Origin: Anolis carolinensis
Lineage: Eukaryota
DNA length: 64,000 nt
NCBI RefSeq assembly: GCF_035594765.1
Contig: NC_085842.1
Span: 253,467,747 to 253,531,746 of the forward strand
Direction of reading: 5' to 3'
A program made the translations under genes and the position numbers. How positions within the stretch are numbered: the stretch's first letter is position 1; each line of letters begins with the position of its first letter. Under the pieces are notes generated by a model. The model was not told the origin of the DNA. It worked only from the letters and a program-made list of their open reading frames with translations, and did no database searches. Of the stretch, positions 14,651-27,954 are shown piece after piece.

Positions 14651-15402
14651 GCATTACGATTAAAAATATGTAAAAGCTACAAAGAGAATTGACATTTTAA
14701 TTACAAGTACAAACATCTTGTAAACACATGTAAGACACATCATAACCCTACCTACCTTTTTATTATAAAAGGGGTAAGAAATCTTTGGCTTTTCCATTGT
14801 TGTTGGGCTCCATCATTACTGATGCAAATAAAAGGTCACTAATGTCTGGAGTAAAGTTTGCTCTTATTGTTAATCATCTCTGTATTGCACAATAGCCTCC
14901 CCTCAAATCCCACATCCTATGCCATTTTGGAAGGTACCTTGACCTCCCAGAGTGGCTTTTTGAGAGGCTGTAAACAATGAAGTTGAAATGTTCTTTCCTA
15001 TGTGTAGAACTTTGTTCCAAAAAGTAAGAATTCAAACTACCAAGTGTCAGAAGTCTCCAAGTCCTTCTTTCAGCCACCCTGGCAGAACATGTATTTGTAT
15101 TGAGGTGTTATTCTGTACAGTCAGTCAGTCCCAGGACAATCGACTGCATCAGGTGGGCTAATCACATTGGAGTTCCATGAAGCCACAAAGTTGGCTGGAA
15201 TCACAGAAGGCTATCCAAATGAACAACAAATTTCTTGATGATGTTCAGATTTATGACGAGGAATAATACCATAAGACCCTTGTATCTGTGAAGGATATAT
15301 CCCCAGCCGGACCGGAGTTACCTGAAACTGCAGAATGCCCAGTTCTACCCTCAACAACCAATGCAACTCTATGATAACTTCTAGAGGAAGCATATCATAG
15401 AA

Positions 15403-15537
15403 CAGTGGTTCTCAACCTGTGAGTCCTCAGGTGTTTTGGCCTACAACTTCCAGAAATCCCAGCAAGTTTACCAGCTGTCAGGATTTCTAGGAATGGAAGG
15501 CCAAAACATCTGGGGACTCACAAGTTGAGAACCACTG
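15403..15537. mobile_element. hAT-type MITE (TIR CAGTGGTTCTCAAC); relatives at 20884-21015, 24073-24231 and 33724-33860
   Basis: Fold-back structure; perfect 8-bp TSD TCATAGAA. Confidence 0.9.
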
Positions 15538-16317
15538 TCATAGAACCACCGAGAATACCTAGAAAATTCTTAGAAAGTTGATTTTTCCCAAGTGAAACCA
15601 TAGACATGGGTTCTGCAGTTGCAGTTTAATGTATCTGTTTTTTCAGAGGACAAAGGTCCTGGCTTTCACTGGCTGCACTGTTCAACTGCGTGGAACCAAA
15701 AGGACACATCATTCAATTATCTGCCCTTAGATAGAGCCATCCATCCATCAGGTGAACTATAAAGCCACTCACACAATGTAGACAATTCAAGTACAAACCA
15801 AATATGGCCCTGAATTATTCAATAAAGACAACTTGTGCAAAACAGCTGGTAATTCTTCAGTAATGTGTAGTTGATACACACTGCTCTGAGCTAGCAGGTC
15901 ATTATTATTATTTTTTTTTAAAAAAATTAAGCTAGAATTTTGGCTTGCATTCCACAACCACAGAGGAGACAAGATGACAGAAAGCCAACACCCATGGTAA
16001 TTGCACAAAATCCCAGACTGAGCAAAGATTACCACTTTTAGACATTTGTAAGGCTTCTCAGATATGAACTAAGAAATTACAAATCCCTGCCATCCATTCT
16101 GATGAGTGCAAAAGCTTACATAATTGGCCTTGGTGTAGGGATAACCAGATTTATCTGCAGTCCACAGTTTTCCATTTGTCATCATCTGACAAAAACGATG
16201 GCTTGGTTTGAGATGCCCCAATGCAAGATGAGGTAGAGCTTTCATTTTGCATTCCTCTTCAGCACAACTTCTCGAATTTTCGGGAGTTTTACAGTTTTTC
16301 CATGTTGCTTCCTTCAG

Positions 16318-16420
16318 TCAGCTCTTGGCATCTTGCATTGCCTTTTCTTCATCTATGGGGTGCTTAAGACTGTCCTGCCCCCGTATTGTTAGAAACGAAT
16401 ATCTCAACCCTCCTGCCATG
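16318..16420 (-). CDS. SLC35D2: SLC35D2 exon 12 (last coding exon, TGA at 16318-16320)
   Basis: ctttag|(C)MAGGLRYSFLTIRGQDSLKHPIDEEKAMQDAKS*. Confidence 0.94.
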
Positions 16421-16508
16421 CTAAAGGAGGAAAACAGAGAACACACATGATCAGAAAGCTATGTTACAATCCATGTGGATTCAACACAACATTCAGTATC
16501 TCACTTAC

Positions 16509-16591
16509 CAGATATTGAGCCCAATGAAATTCAGCACAGAGAATATGTAGTCTCCTCCAACCAGCATTCCAATATAAGCGATGGTCACATT
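16509..16591 (-). CDS. SLC35D2: SLC35D2 exon 11
   Basis: ttacag|NVTIAYIGMLVGGDYIFSVLNFIGLNI|gtaagt; 83 nt; followed by an 88-nt intron. Confidence 0.95.
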
Positions 16592-17063
16592 CTGTAAAGG
16601 AAGAATGCTTGATTACATGGCCTCTTGGCATCACTGTACTTTTAGATATCCTTCTCAAGAATTGCAAATAACTGAGAAACTATTCTGATATGAAACTCTT
16701 GGGAGAGAAAATATTTTGAAAGTTCCAAAGTAGAAGATGATGGGCACCCACCCTCTTTCATTATGGAAAAACTTCTTACCATTTGATAGGTCATACAGTC
16801 TTCTTGGAGAAATGATTTCATGGGCAACATCAGGATATGAATTATAAAGTCATATTTAAGCTGTGAGTAGATGATATCTTGCCTACATTGTGCCTCTTTT
16901 CATATATTTTAGAATAGGCAGAAACTTCATAGTTATTTTAAACTCTCAGCCCTCAAATTACCAGACAATTTTCTGTTTTCAAGGCTGAAAGATAATCAGC
17001 TACAGGGTGACTTATATGGCTTACATACCTATTTCTGACACTATCAGCAGTTTGCTAACTCAC

Positions 17064-17142
17064 CTTTATAGCACCAACCACTGTGGTGGTGAGGGCAGAA
17101 TTATAATGGCTGCAGAGGATTGTAGAATACATCAGAAGAAAC
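17064..17142 (-). CDS. SLC35D2: SLC35D2 exon 10
   Basis: tgttag|(G)FLLMYSTILCSHYNSALTTTVVGAIK|gtgagt; 79 nt. Confidence 0.95.
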
Positions 17143-18267
17143 CTAACAAAAAGACATGTATTTTACTATTGGATTCTCTGCACATTTTCCTTTCTGAAAC
17201 AAGCATATGTAAGAATTGTAGCTTGGAGCAGCATTATTCCATGTTAACACTTCACTATCCCACATGAAGAAGACTGCAGTCTAAAAGGAACTGAACATAC
17301 AGATCTGAATGAAAATGCACAAATTAAAGTTAGATTCTGTGGACTTTGCTGCCCTCTGTCATCCTACCATCTCACAAAGTATCATGTGGACTGTCAGAAA
17401 CTAAAAACAAAACAAAGCAATGAAAAAATCTGTAACTCAGATTACAGTAGGCTTTCTGCTTTCATGTAGATTAGGGGCACAGGACCCTGCAAAAGTAGAA
17501 AAATTGAATTTAAAAAACTAGCTGAGAAAACACTTCTCTAGAAATCTCTAGATCCTCCAGGGTGACTCCGTGGTCAACTCCTGCTGGAAGAACTTAGAGA
17601 TTCCTAAAGAGAATCAAATCTGTGAATAATCAAATCTGCAAAATTTTAATTTGCTGATTGTAACTTCATTTATTAGAATTTATATAAAATGTTCGAAGCA
17701 TCACTTTCTGCCAAGTGCAAGCCGTAGCATTACTCTAGGAGTGGGTCATATATGCCCTGACCATTCTTGTGATCACTAGGTCTTCCTGATACAAGCAACA
17801 GCAATATCAACTTATTTTCTACTTTAAAAAGAAGAATTGCTATTTCTGGAAGCTTCCGATGAAGTGTTTTCCTCTGAATAATGTAGGCCAGATATTATGT
17901 ATCTACACTATGGGAATGCCTATACAGTCATCCGATATTAATGTGGCCAAGTCATAATAAACACAGACACTCTGAGATTACAGACTCTCCTCTGCATGAC
18001 TTGTAGGGTTTAAATATGATGAATTTGGGAAGCAGAATGCTCTTGATCTTTCCTAATCTTTTGTGTGGAATGCTGTACCCTTGGAAGCCCAACTGGTTCC
18101 AATCAATGATGGCACCAGTTCGGCACCAAGTCAAAATCTGGCTCTATATCCAAGTTTTCAGGGGCCAATGACTGCATTTTCTCTGAGTAGCTGGGTGTGG
18201 ATTTCAGTTCACTGTTTTACAGTTAAGATAATTTTATAATTGCTTATGTCACATTGTTGTCACCCTG

Positions 18268-18481
18268 GAGAGCTATTGTGGTGTAGTAGTTGAACATTGG
18301 GCTATGACACTGGAGAGAAGGGTTTGAATCTCATTTTAATAATGGAAACCCACTGGTGATCTTGGGCAAGTCACATTCAGACTCAGAGGAAGGGAAAAGC
18401 ACTGAACAAACGGTGCCAAGAAAATCCAGTGACAGGCTCACCTTATCATTCCTGTAAGTCAGAAATGACTTGAAGACATGC

Positions 18482-18521
<40 letters not shown>

Positions 18522-18535
18522 CCAACAACAACAAC
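18268..18535 (+). mobile_element. tRNA-derived SINE with (CAA)n tail; decayed relatives at about 9365-9570, 19155-19330, 24590-24775 and 47845-47980
   Basis: Shared cttgggcaagtcac..gccaagaaaa core, tRNA-like head, CAA tail. Confidence 0.65.
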
Positions 18536-19056
18536 CTGAGATCTCTAGACATAGGGTGCAATGTAAAATTTGCTAATGAATAAGGCAGGTAAATAAAATA
18601 TGATTGATCTTGTCCAAATGTGCATACATGAATAGATTTGGATTGTTTTAAGCTGTATGTATTGATTCTGTTGTATGCTCCCCTTAGATCCTTGGATATG
18701 GTGGAATATTAATGTTTTTTTAAAAATAAAACACTGAAATATAAATGTGCCTTGGAAGTAAATGTATAATAATACCAGTATGGGAAGAACAACTCTTTCT
18801 GAGAAAAAACATCAACAGTCTGAGGAAATTATCTTTGCTCCTAGATAAAGAGTCATTCTAAAAATGTGCTTGGATATTATATAAAAGCTGCACAATAAAT
18901 ACATTGTTTGAAGCAACTGGACCTCTTTTTTCTTGCATTTTTACCATGGTTATTGGTTATTACCTCATTCTGCCAACTAAATATGGTCTGGGAATAGCTA
19001 CACAAGATGCACAAACATGACCACTATTCTGTGCTTATTTATTTATAATCCCTTAC

Positions 19057-19124
19057 CCCAGTAGACAGGATAGGAGAAACTGGAAGACAAATAAAATGTT
19101 TGTCCATTTCTGGAAATCAATGGC
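19057..19124 (-). CDS. SLC35D2: SLC35D2 exon 9
   Basis: ttttag|AIDFQKWTNILFVFQFLLSCLL|gtaagg; 68 nt. Confidence 0.95.
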
Positions 19125-20206
19125 CTAAAAAACAAAGATTGCATGTTTTAGGTAAGAGCCAGAATGAAGTAGTGTTTGACTAGGACTCCAGAGGAGTAGA
19201 ATTTGAATCTCCTTTCAGTCATGAAACCCTTGGGCAAGTTTCCCTTCTGAGTCTCTTAATGGAAAGCCTAGTGCCAAGAAAATCCTGTAATAGGATCACC
19301 CAAAGTTGGAGTCAGCTTGAACGTACCTAACAGAAATATTTAATTGAGAAGAAATAATTAAATCTAAAGGGGTGGGGGGGTGGGAAAGAGGAGGGACAAG
19401 TGTATGTATCAGATATTTAATTATCACAATAGGGTATATCTTCGAATGGCTTTCTGAGTTGTTTGCATGTCACTTTTAATCAACATGGATCTCAAGATCT
19501 GCTTCTCAAGACCCCCATCAATGAGTGACCATTAAAAGGAAAGGTATCTGTTATTCTCATGACACTTTCACTCCCAGACATGCTTTCAGATTATGTGTAT
19601 CTGGGGGAAAGAAAATGGAATTGGGGTGGGCATATTATGGACATACCTATAGGATTAAATTCAGTGTTATCCCTATTAAAGTAGATCCAATAAAGTGAAT
19701 GGATGCATTAGTCATAACTCTTTAAAGTCTTGTTGATTTCAATGAATCTATTTTGTGATGAATACAGTGCATAGAAAGCTGCTTGATACTGAATCAGGCC
19801 ATTGGTCCACCAAGTTGCTGATACTGTTCAATTCCTGAAGACACTAGAAATAGTACCTGGGGACCATTTGCAGAGAAATTAGGGGATCTATCACTGAGCC
19901 CAAATCCTTCCCAGTTCTCATTTTCACAACCCCTCAGTTTTGTTTCTAGGCTTGAATAGACTGTGTGCCAAGGCTACAATAAGAAAATAGAAAATGCTGC
20001 TATTTATTCTGAAGATGTAAACCATCTTTCCCAACAGATACAACAGAAAACTCATGAACCTGACCTTCAGTATGGACCTGGGCCTTAGACTTTCATCCTA
20101 GATGTGGACGAAGACCTTTCTCTTAACATCCAGGGAACAAAAAAATGAAGATCTAAGCCAACAAATGAATATTATAACCCTGAATTTTTCATTAATTGTT
20201 GCTTAC

Positions 20207-20299
20207 CCGCTGGAAGTCTCCAGTGAAAAAACTTATGAGAATTGTAGGAATTATCATAAAACAGGAATTATAAAAAATGACTCCATATTTTCCCAGCTC
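20207..20299 (-). CDS. SLC35D2: SLC35D2 exon 8
   Basis: atgtag|[31 protein letters not shown]|gtaagc; 93 nt. Confidence 0.95.
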
Positions 20300-20674
20300 C
20301 TACATAAAAGGAAATACAGACTATTAAACTGGACAAAAATAATCTAATACAGTAGTCTCATCCCACTTATTACGTAAACTCATTAAATGCGATTCAGTTA
20401 TATGTAAAGAGCTCTGAATCATAGAATCACACTGGGGGACTCAGGGCACTTCCAGACAGGCCTTATATCCCAGGATCTGAACCCAGGTTTTCTGCTTTAA
20501 ACTGGATTATATGAGTCCACACTGCCAGATAATCTGGGATAAATAGAAAACCTGGGATCAGATCCTGGGATATAGGGCCTGTCTAGAAGGACCCCTAGTG
20601 ATGCCTAGAAAAGTGTTCTCTCTAGTACTTCAGCATGCTTCTATGGTCACCTTCTGCCAGAAATTCTACCAGAA

Positions 20675-21305
20675 GTTGACCACAGACTCACATTGGAGAT
20701 CTAGACATCTCCAGGCATCTATGTGTCCTCCAACACAATTCCATATTATGCTTTGGAAAAAAAATTAAGACGGCATTCAATTCAGATAAGAACATCAGAA
20801 GTTGGGGATGATAAAGCCATTCAAGATCTTCTTGAGAAGCAATACAGCCCCAACCGCTGGGAATTGTATGCCTCATGCTAAAGCAGTGGTTCTCAACCTG
20901 GGGTCCCCAGATGTTTTTGGCCTTCAACTCCCAAAAATCCTATCAGATGGTAAACTGGGATTTCTGGGAGTTGTGGGCCAAAAGCATCTGGGAACCCCAA
21001 GTTGAGAGTTTCTGTGCTAAAGCAAGACCCTATACTCTGATCTAGAGGATCAGGGTATAATTGACCATAGACTCACGTTGGAGACCTAGACATCTCCAGA
21101 CATCTATATGTCCTCCAACACAATTCTATGTTATGCTTTGGAAAAAAATTAGACAACATTCATTTCAGGTAAGAAAAATAGCTTTCAGAGGGAACATCAG
21201 AAGTTGGGGATGGTAAGGCCGTTCAAGATCTTCTTGATGAGCAATAAAGCCTCAACCGCTGGCAATTGTATGCCTCATGCTAAAGCAAGACCCTGATCTA
21301 GAGGA
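20675..21305. repeat. Local tandem duplication of about 240 bp (20675-21047 and 21061-21305) in SLC35D2 intron 7
   Basis: Copies align from ttgacca.agactcac to ctgatctagagga. Confidence 0.9.
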
Positions 21306-21787
21306 GAACTCTGATTCTTGGCAGCTTTCAGATAGGCAATTCTCATTTTTTATCAAAATATTTAGAGGTGAATGCTCAGGAAGGAACAAAAATTTCATTC
21401 ACAAACACCTGTGGCTTAGAGGAGCAGACAGATTTTCTCAGACACTGATCATTTTTTCCAATGTAAGGCAGAATAAAGGGAAATAGATTATAAACACAAA
21501 AAGACCAAAGAAATGCTCAAACTACTTGTGGGAGGATTCTTATAGTCAAAATATATACTACTTTTTGAATAAAAGCTTTATGGCAAAGAAACCCCCAACA
21601 AACAGTGGGACCAGTTTTGCCATTAAGTAAAACCAGCTCTTTGCAGAGATGGGTCTTAACCCTCCCCAAAGGAAACTGGCTTTGTAAAATTGAATTCTGG
21701 CCTTAATTAATCTTTTCTAAGAACAATTTCCCAAACCATAAAGATATCAACTCCATGGTTGTTAGGAAAGCAACTACAAAGACTTAC

Positions 21788-21890
21788 CTTAGGGTCAATT
21801 TTTTGTTTTGTGTAAACACCATTTGCAGCAGTGAAGACATCATTCATTAAAACAGCAATATATCCTTCCAAGTTAAAAGCTAGGTCTGAT
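21788..21890 (-). CDS. SLC35D2: SLC35D2 exon 7
   Basis: ttccag|(G)[34 protein letters not shown]|gtaagt; 103 nt. Confidence 0.95.
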
Positions 21891-22290
21891 CTGGAAGAGA
21901 GAACAACTTAGGGAGAAAAGAATTCAAAAGCCCAGAGCAGGCATAGCATTTCTTCCACAGTGAGGTAGTCTACCATCTATATTATCCATTTTCATATTAT
22001 AAACTTACAAACATAAACAGTAAGCTGAAGAGTTTGAAGTAGTAAAGTCACTTTCCTATAACTGCAGTAAAATAACAAATTTGAGAATAAATGCACTAGG
22101 TAAGAGAAATACCATTCACTTTTATGGCTTCAGCTGACATTTTGCTCAGAATCTGTGCTGATTACATTGCTCACAACTTCTCCAATAATGCTTTAAGATT
22201 CCGCACCACCAAAAATTGAGCAGACTAAAGCTATGTCTACACAATCCAGGGTAAAAAGCTTTGGTGCTTGCTCCTATGTATCTCTGCAGG

Positions 22291-22542
22291 TAGGCATGTA
22301 GCCAGGGAGGGGCTTGAGGGGCTTCAGCCCCCCCCCTCCCTGAAATTGTCCGCAAGAAGGCCTTACATTTATTATTTAAACTGTTACGTTCATTCATATC
22401 ATGATCTGATCACCATGCTCAATATATTCCATATGCATGGGGGTATTGGGATAATGATACAAAAGGTTTGCTAGGGTAGATCCGCTCTCACTCAGACTCA
22501 GCCCCCCCCCCCCCCCGAATCAAAATCTTGGCTACAGGCTTG
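22291..22542. mobile_element. Non-autonomous hAT-like element
   Basis: Imperfect TIR TAGGCATGTAGCCA/TGGCTACAGGCTTG; TSD TCTGCAGG/CCTGCAGG. Confidence 0.7.
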
Positions 22543-22678
22543 CCTGCAGGCATTCCTGGAAAATTTTTGGCCATTCATGTGGCTGGATGGGTTGAGTGTG
22601 CATCAAGATAGCTACCACTGCATCACCAGCAGCAAGTAGCTCTCTCCCAAAGGATTGCTGGTGACATCACGCTTCTAG

Positions 22679-23288
22679 TAGAGATGTGCTTTCAAGACTT
22701 ACCTTGTTCTGTTTCGTGTCCCGGCTTTCATTGAGGCCCTGATTTGTTTTGTTGGGGAGGTCAGACATTTGTTTTTGTTTATTGTGGGGGGGAGAGGTGC
22801 CAGCCAAGGCCACAGCACAAGCCAGCGCCACTCAAATGCCTGGTAAGGGGTCAGGCAAAGGGAGAGGGGGGGAGGCGCAGGATGACCCAGCCACCCCCAA
22901 ACCCCCCCCCCCCCCGGTCCAGGCCTGTGCAAACAGGCCCAAAGCCTGCACCCATAGGTCCGGGTGCCCAGGTCTACGGGTGCAGGCTTTCGGCCATGCC
23001 TAGCCAGGCCTCTCAGGGCCTACAGCCGGTTGCTGAGTAAGAAGCAGTCCTTACTCGGCAATTGGCTGCAACCCCTGTGAAGCCTGGGTGCGTAGGCCCA
23101 TAGCCTGCACTCGTAGGCCTGGGAGCTTTGGGTCTACGGGTGCAGGCTTTGGGCCTAAGCACCCGGCCCTTTCATTTCAAGCCAGTTTTTGTTTCCTCGG
23201 GGGTGTTTCTGTTTTGTGCCATCCGAATGGACGATATGAAACAGAAACACGAATGAAACACATGAGACAAATACTGTGCATATCTCTA
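22679..23288. mobile_element. GC-rich fold-back hAT-like element
   Basis: TIR TAGAGATGTGC/GCATATCTCTA; degenerate TSD ..TTCTAG; large internal palindrome centred near 23044. Confidence 0.7.
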
Positions 23289-24376
23289 ATTTCTAGTGTC
23301 ATGGCTCAGCACCTGACATGGCATTACCAAAAATGTGACATCTCCTACAAGCTTTTGGAAGACAACTGTTTGCTGGCAGTGATGTAGTGGTGTGTCCATT
23401 AGTGATGTGAACAGTGAATTGGGTGAAATCCAGCCCGATCCAGCTATCAACACCTCAAAAACTGCATGATCACTCTGAAGCTTTCAGGAAACTCTGGAGT
23501 AAATCCCACATTCCATCGTCATGAAGTAATGGCTGGATGCAGTGGGTGTGTGCTGAATCCAGCCTGTGCATCAGTAACTAAGTAGTGAGTCCACTTTAAT
23601 TTGGCTACATAGACAGAGCTTAAATCTCAGGACAGAGGATCAGGCAGCAAATGGCAATGAATACAATGTGTATAGCACTACAGTTGAAAAACCTTTGTTA
23701 ATATTAAGTGGGCTTGTGGACAGCTAGGCCACTGAAGGGAATACTATAAGGGATGTTGACAAACATTATTTCAGGTTTCTCTAACTTTGATTTTCTCCGT
23801 AATCCTCAGGCTATTACTGTACCTGCTTAACTATCCCCGACCCTTTTAGTGGCTTAAGAAAACCAATTTATTGAACAACAAAAATGTCCTTAGTAGAAGA
23901 CTTTTCTGAAACATTTTGCAGCAAATGCTGGACCATCATCAACACCATCATCTCTGGTTATGTAGGGTGGGAATCACAGAGTCCTCTAAATGTTGTTGAA
24001 TTACAATTTCCAGTACTCCTCTCCACTAGCTGGTTTAGGCTGGAGAGAACTGCAGTTCAGCAACATCTAGAGCAGTGTTTCCCAAACTTTGGTCTTACAA
24101 GGTTGGGTTTGTTTTGGGTTTTTTTTTTTTTGATTACACCTCCCAGAATCCTTGATTACTAGCTAAGGCAGTTGAGACTTCTGGGACTTGATGTCTGAAA
24201 GAAGCTGGAGAATTGGAGTTTGGGAATCACTGATCTGGAGAACCACATGATTCTCACTATAATCTAGAAAGCCATTGACTAACATTGTTTTACAACGGCC
24301 CCATCCTATACAAATACTTATAACCATTTATACAATGCAACATTGCAATTAAAATGAAAAGTGTTTAAAAGCTTAC

Positions 24377-24445
24377 CCTGCTGCTATGAAAGCACCCAGG
24401 ATGATTGCAAACACACTCATTATAATACTCAGTGGATAATGTTTT
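24377..24445 (-). CDS. SLC35D2: SLC35D2 exon 6
   Basis: tttcag|(G)KHYPLSIIMSVFAIILGAFIAA|gtaagc; 69 nt. Confidence 0.95.
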
Positions 24446-25939
24446 CTGAAAAGACAAAGAGAATATTTAAACTTGCAGAGTTTATATTGACTAATTATAA
24501 GAACCAACAGATTATTTGTCCTAGGGTTATGTATAGCATTGGGAGGTTTGTAGAAACATTGTTGTGAACCTTCAACTAATTTCTAATTTACGATTACCCT
24601 AAGACAACCTTATTATGGTTTTTTGGCAAGGCTTTTCCTCAGGTTTGCCTTGCCTTGGGTAATAAAAAGTGTGACCTCTCCAAGATCACTCAATGGGTTT
24701 CCATGGCTGAGTGGGGATTCACGTCCTGGTCTTTAGAGCATATTCCAATGTTCAAACCACTACAAAATACTGGCCCTTGGTTTGAAAGATAGCATATTGG
24801 AATAAGATAAAACTGTAGGTCTCTTTATTTTATTTTATCAACTTCTGAATAAAGTGATAATAAAGTGATTCAGGGGCTTCCTTTAGAAGAGGGTGTAACT
24901 CAAGAGAAGCATCCTATGAAAATGTCCCAGGTTTAACCCACCTCTTCCAATTGAGACAGAGAAAGTTCTTAATTTGAAACTTTGGAGAAGAGTTGTTTTG
25001 GCAGCAAGATTCTGCTAGTGAACTTGTCAATACTGATCAAATAAATTCTGTTTCACACTCCATTTTCCTGGTCCTTAGTGACTTGTGAACACTACACACA
25101 ACACACACATTGTGGTGAGATAACCATAATCGGGCCACACATTTTCCCTATGCAAATTCATTTCAGTATAAGGGGGCAGTCCACATCTCCAGGCCTTCAT
25201 TTTAGATTCTGCCATAAAGCCATGCCCCCTCTGCCTTTTTTCTCCCCAGCATGCATATGAATTTATGTATTTCTTGTTAAACAGGACGTTTGCTAAGACT
25301 ATGATATTGATATGCAAGTGTCCACATACACACCCCTTCTTAAACAAAAAGTCAAACATGCTGGCAAGCATAAATTTTAAAATTTGCACCAGGAAAGAAC
25401 GACTTCCTAGAAGGAATGATCCTGTTACTGCCTGGCCCAAGTCACTTCCCACAACCTGTTCCATGTATCACTAACTCTTACTCCCAACCCCATGTTGAGG
25501 TCATGTTGCTTCAGAGGGCCAGTCACAAGCCAAAAATCTGTATTTTCAAGAAAACTATGTGGTAAAAGGCAATGTTTTTTGAACTGGATTAAAGCCCAAA
25601 GAACTGTATTGCAAGTGGATCATCAAGAATGCCAAACTGCCCAGATATGAGATGAATATGTTTTTTCATCAGTATAAACAAGTCCAGTGTCTTTTTTGAA
25701 GCCAGTTTATTTCTTTGCCCTCAATTTTGGATCTCCAGGTATTGCTGGATTTCAGCTTCCAGAATTTCCAAACAGTATGACAAATGTTCTGAGACCTGTA
25801 ATCTGGGGACCCAAGGCTGAGAATCACTGTACTAGCCAACAAGACCTATCTTTTTTATGCATTCTACCAGATAATCCAATAACATTATTTCATTGGATAG
25901 CCTCTGATGGTATTTCAAAAATGGGAGGCAAATACTCAC

Positions 25940-26011
25940 CCAAGTATAACAACTTCTAGGACTAATGTAAGAGGAATGGTAAACTTCCGAAGGACTGTAA
26001 ACATTGGCAAA
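25940..26011 (-). CDS. SLC35D2: SLC35D2 exon 5
   Basis: aaacag|(S)LPMFTVLRKFTIPLTLVLEVVIL|gtgagt; 72 nt. Confidence 0.95.
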
Positions 26012-27098
26012 CTGTTTTTGAAAGAGAGAGAAGAATACAGAAGTTGAGGTGCCTGGTCATGTCAATTGCAAGTTATTCTATCTTCATTAGTGATTTCATC
26101 CTCAGCATAGACTAGCCCTAAGAATGTACTGGACCAAATTCTCAGTTTTCTCATAGCCAAATGTCAGTCTGACACTAAAGGGTGATTAATCAGCAAAATA
26201 GTTGGGTGTGAGATTTAAAAAAAATGAAACTTAGATAATAAACAATCCTAACACACTTCAGAAGAACCACTGGGGTAGTTTGGTTGACCTTAGTTAACCA
26301 AGAGGGATGAACAACATAACCATGTCTATGTTTATTCAAAAGTCATTCTCACTGTTTCTACAGGAACTAAATCCGTAAGGATGAATTGTGCTTTGCTTTG
26401 CAGCCTAAGGCAATGACTGTGCTGTGGCTTAAACCCAAGTTGGCTTTAAAAGAGTAGGAAGAAAAGCAAAACAAGACACATCGAGCAAAAGTACAAAGAT
26501 TACTGCTGTATTTTTTCTAGTACACGTGTTATTCCTCTCTAAATAAGGCTCTGAACATGTCGATCCATTTTACATGCTGAAATTTCCAAAAGAAGGCATA
26601 TGATTGGTGATATGCTGATTCAAATTCACATGTATCCCATGAACTAATATTACATAGTAAGTTTTTTTCATGTCAGGAGTGACTTGAGAAGTTGGATCCA
26701 GGCTTGGACTCCTGCGGACTAAAGAAAATGTATCTGCTTGGTTTTTGTGGGTCTTCCTCCTCAACTTCTTTGTGCCACAGCTCACCGCATTCATGTGCAG
26801 CATCTTTAGGGAGCAGAGCTGCAGGTGCCATCTTGGGCAGGGGAAAGATACGAGAACTCAATTGCTGCCAGCCCAGCTAATATGCTTACATTTGGATTCA
26901 ATCTGCTGTGATTTCCAATCTAGCATCACACACAGAAAAAGGTTGCTCCCATTCAAATTTATGTCTACTCAAAGCTTGAAAAAGTAACTTTCAGAACTAC
27001 AATTCCCAGGACATATGCTTCAGAACATGTCAAATTTTAATCTCAAACTTTTACATGCTTATAAATATCAAACGGTATATCAACAATCTATCTTGTAC

Positions 27099-27166
27099 CT
27101 TAACTTGCTTGTGCTTGATAATCCACTTATGTGGTTTCCAACATAAATCAGGGGGAGAGGAAACAG
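27099..27166 (-). CDS. SLC35D2: SLC35D2 exon 4
   Basis: tttcag|LFPLPLIYVGNHISGLSSTSKL|gtacaa; 68 nt. Confidence 0.95.
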
Positions 27167-27954
27167 CTGAAATAAAAGGAAGGTATAAATCAAACCAAGA
27201 TGGGAAAGAATGCAGAAAGAATCCATTCAAGTTAATTTTTGACAACCAGGCAGAGTGCAGCATAGATTGAAAAAATAAAAACACACAGAATACCTTATTA
27301 ATAATTACCACTGCTGACCTTTGTTTGTATTTTCAGAGTCAAGTACAATCCCAAGTCCTGCCTCATTTTAATAAAAAATATATTGGTCTTACAAGAATTG
27401 ATTATTAACATGATTACACTCTTTAAAGGGCTGTCACATAGAAGAGGACGAAAGTTTGTTCTCCACTACTCCAGAAAGGTGGGATCCAAAGGTTACAGGA
27501 GAGTGGATTTCAACTGAATATCAGAGAATATTCAGCAATGGAACAATTAGTTAAAGAGGTGGTGGGGTCTCCTTGTCTGGACACCTTAAAAATGGGGGTG
27601 GGGGTTGGACAGCTACCTGCTAGGGAAGCTCTACTTGGAATTCCTGTATTATGTGGTGGGGGGGGGGGGGATGGTGGTGTTGGAAGCAAAGGTATGTGAG
27701 AGAGAGCAGTTTAGATCATGCCTGCCTTTGTTTACACCTCTCTGTATTTTTATTTGATCTGTATACTCAACTTTCTTGCTTCCTCCTTACCTGTATAGGT
27801 CACTTCACCATTCTTTCAAGAGGTTAGTTAGTCTGTTTGATAACTTGGTCTGGGCAGACAGCATCCATAGGGCAAATCCCAAAAAAAGATGCCAGTTTAC
27901 ACCAGAACATGACAACTAGCTTTAAGGGGCTCTTCTAACCTATGTCCTTTCCTA

